Assembly: GCA_018303755.1 (NCBI GenBank) | Contig: JAGVXO010000009.1 | Span: forward strand, 1-56,711 | Reading direction: 5' to 3' | DNA from: Candidatus Pacearchaeota archaeon | GTDB lineage: Archaea > Nanobdellota > Nanobdellia > Pacearchaeales > GW2011-AR1 | Length of the DNA stretch: 56,711 nucleotides | Shown here: in pieces, positions 56,282-56,711 of the stretch | Position numbering within the stretch: the stretch's first letter is position 1 | How the letters are laid out: each line of letters starts with the position of its first letter | Notes under the pieces: model-generated | What the model saw: the letters and a program-made list of their open reading frames with translations, nothing else | Told to the model about the DNA's origin: nothing | The model's database searches: none | Program-made: the position numbers and the translations under genes

Positions 56282-56430
56282 TTTTTCTATCACTCCATAC
56301 CTTTTCCCCTTTTACATTTTAAAATAAATTAAATCACCAAAATGGATGGATTAAGGATTTACAAAAAATTAAACAAGTGAGCGAAGCGAACCAATTCATA
56401 TAAAAAACAAAAAGCGGGCTTCGCCCGCTT
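56282..56430 (+). repeat. Modular intergenic repeat copy ending in a perfect hairpin
   Basis: ggattaaggatttacaaaaaattaaacaagtgagcgaagcgaaccaa; aagcgggc-ttc-gcccgctt at 56412-56430. Confidence 0.72.
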
Positions 56431-56450
56431 AAATAAAAATATTTTTGAAG

Positions 56451-56711
56451 TTATCTGAAGGTTCTTATTCCTAAGTCTTCAGCAACTGTTGGCTTAAGTG
56501 TTGTTGATTCAAACTGAGGCCTCCCCAAAATATACGGAGATTTGACTCCAGTCATTATTGTAATAACTCTTATTCTTCCTGCAAATTCTTTGTTAACTCT
56601 TGCTCCAATAATAACCTGTGCTTCTGGGTTGAGGTTTTCGGTTATTAATCTTCCTATATTGTCAAATTCCTCAAGTTTCATATCAGGCCCGCATGTAATG
56701 TGAATCAAAGA
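56451..56711 (-). CDS. ftsZ: Second FtsZ paralogue, C-terminal part (runs off the window edge)
   Basis: IHITCGPDMKLEE...AQVIIGARV...IRVITIMTGVKSP; parallels the C-terminus of 11503-12609. Confidence 0.88.
   Translation of the reverse strand, partial: SLIHITCGPDMKLEEFDNIGRLITENLNPEAQVIIGARVNKEFAGRIRVITIMTGVKSPYILGRPQFESTTLKPTVAEDLGIRTFR

Noticed and set aside
1388-56430. Dispersed repeats as a CRISPR array or integron attC array
   Set aside because: Copies are degenerate, kilobases apart and in both orientations. There is no constant repeat-spacer period, no cas or intI gene, and no clear attC R-box symmetry.

Overview
AT-rich archaeal chromosome segment. Gene content suggests a DPANN lineage, probably Pacearchaeota-like (inference). 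The backbone is housekeeping: sepF, prefoldin beta, rpo12, rpl37ae, rpl11-spt5-secE, two ftsZ paralogues, FKBP PPIase, eIF5A-rpl40e, rpl1-rpl10-rpl12, tRNA-Ser(UGA), the rpl3-to-secY ribosomal superoperon, AMP phosphorylase, K+ transport and scpB. Notable accessory features are: (1) a diversity-generating retroelement (DGR) cassette with target gene, variable repeat (VR) at 26576-26660 and template repeat (TR) at 26964-27048, where 14 of 15 mismatches fall at TR adenines; the TR sits in a predicted self-contained structured RNA and there is no RT or Avd gene in the window; (2) a 358-aa LAGLIDADG intein splitting the Fe-S scaffold IscU directly before a ligand cysteine; (3) a modular, degenerate 150-200 bp intergenic repeat family at 11 or more loci; (4) a frameshift-split GHKL-ATPase operon; (5) two candidate structured ncRNAs; (6) an inverted-repeat-bounded DDE insertion sequence with a divergent micro-ORF; (7) a type II R-M system, five toxin-antitoxin pairs, and an orphan 55-aa ORF inside the spc operon. 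Several perfect tandem duplications look like local assembly errors, so the frameshift calls need read-level checks. All calls come from reading motifs by eye; no database searches were run.
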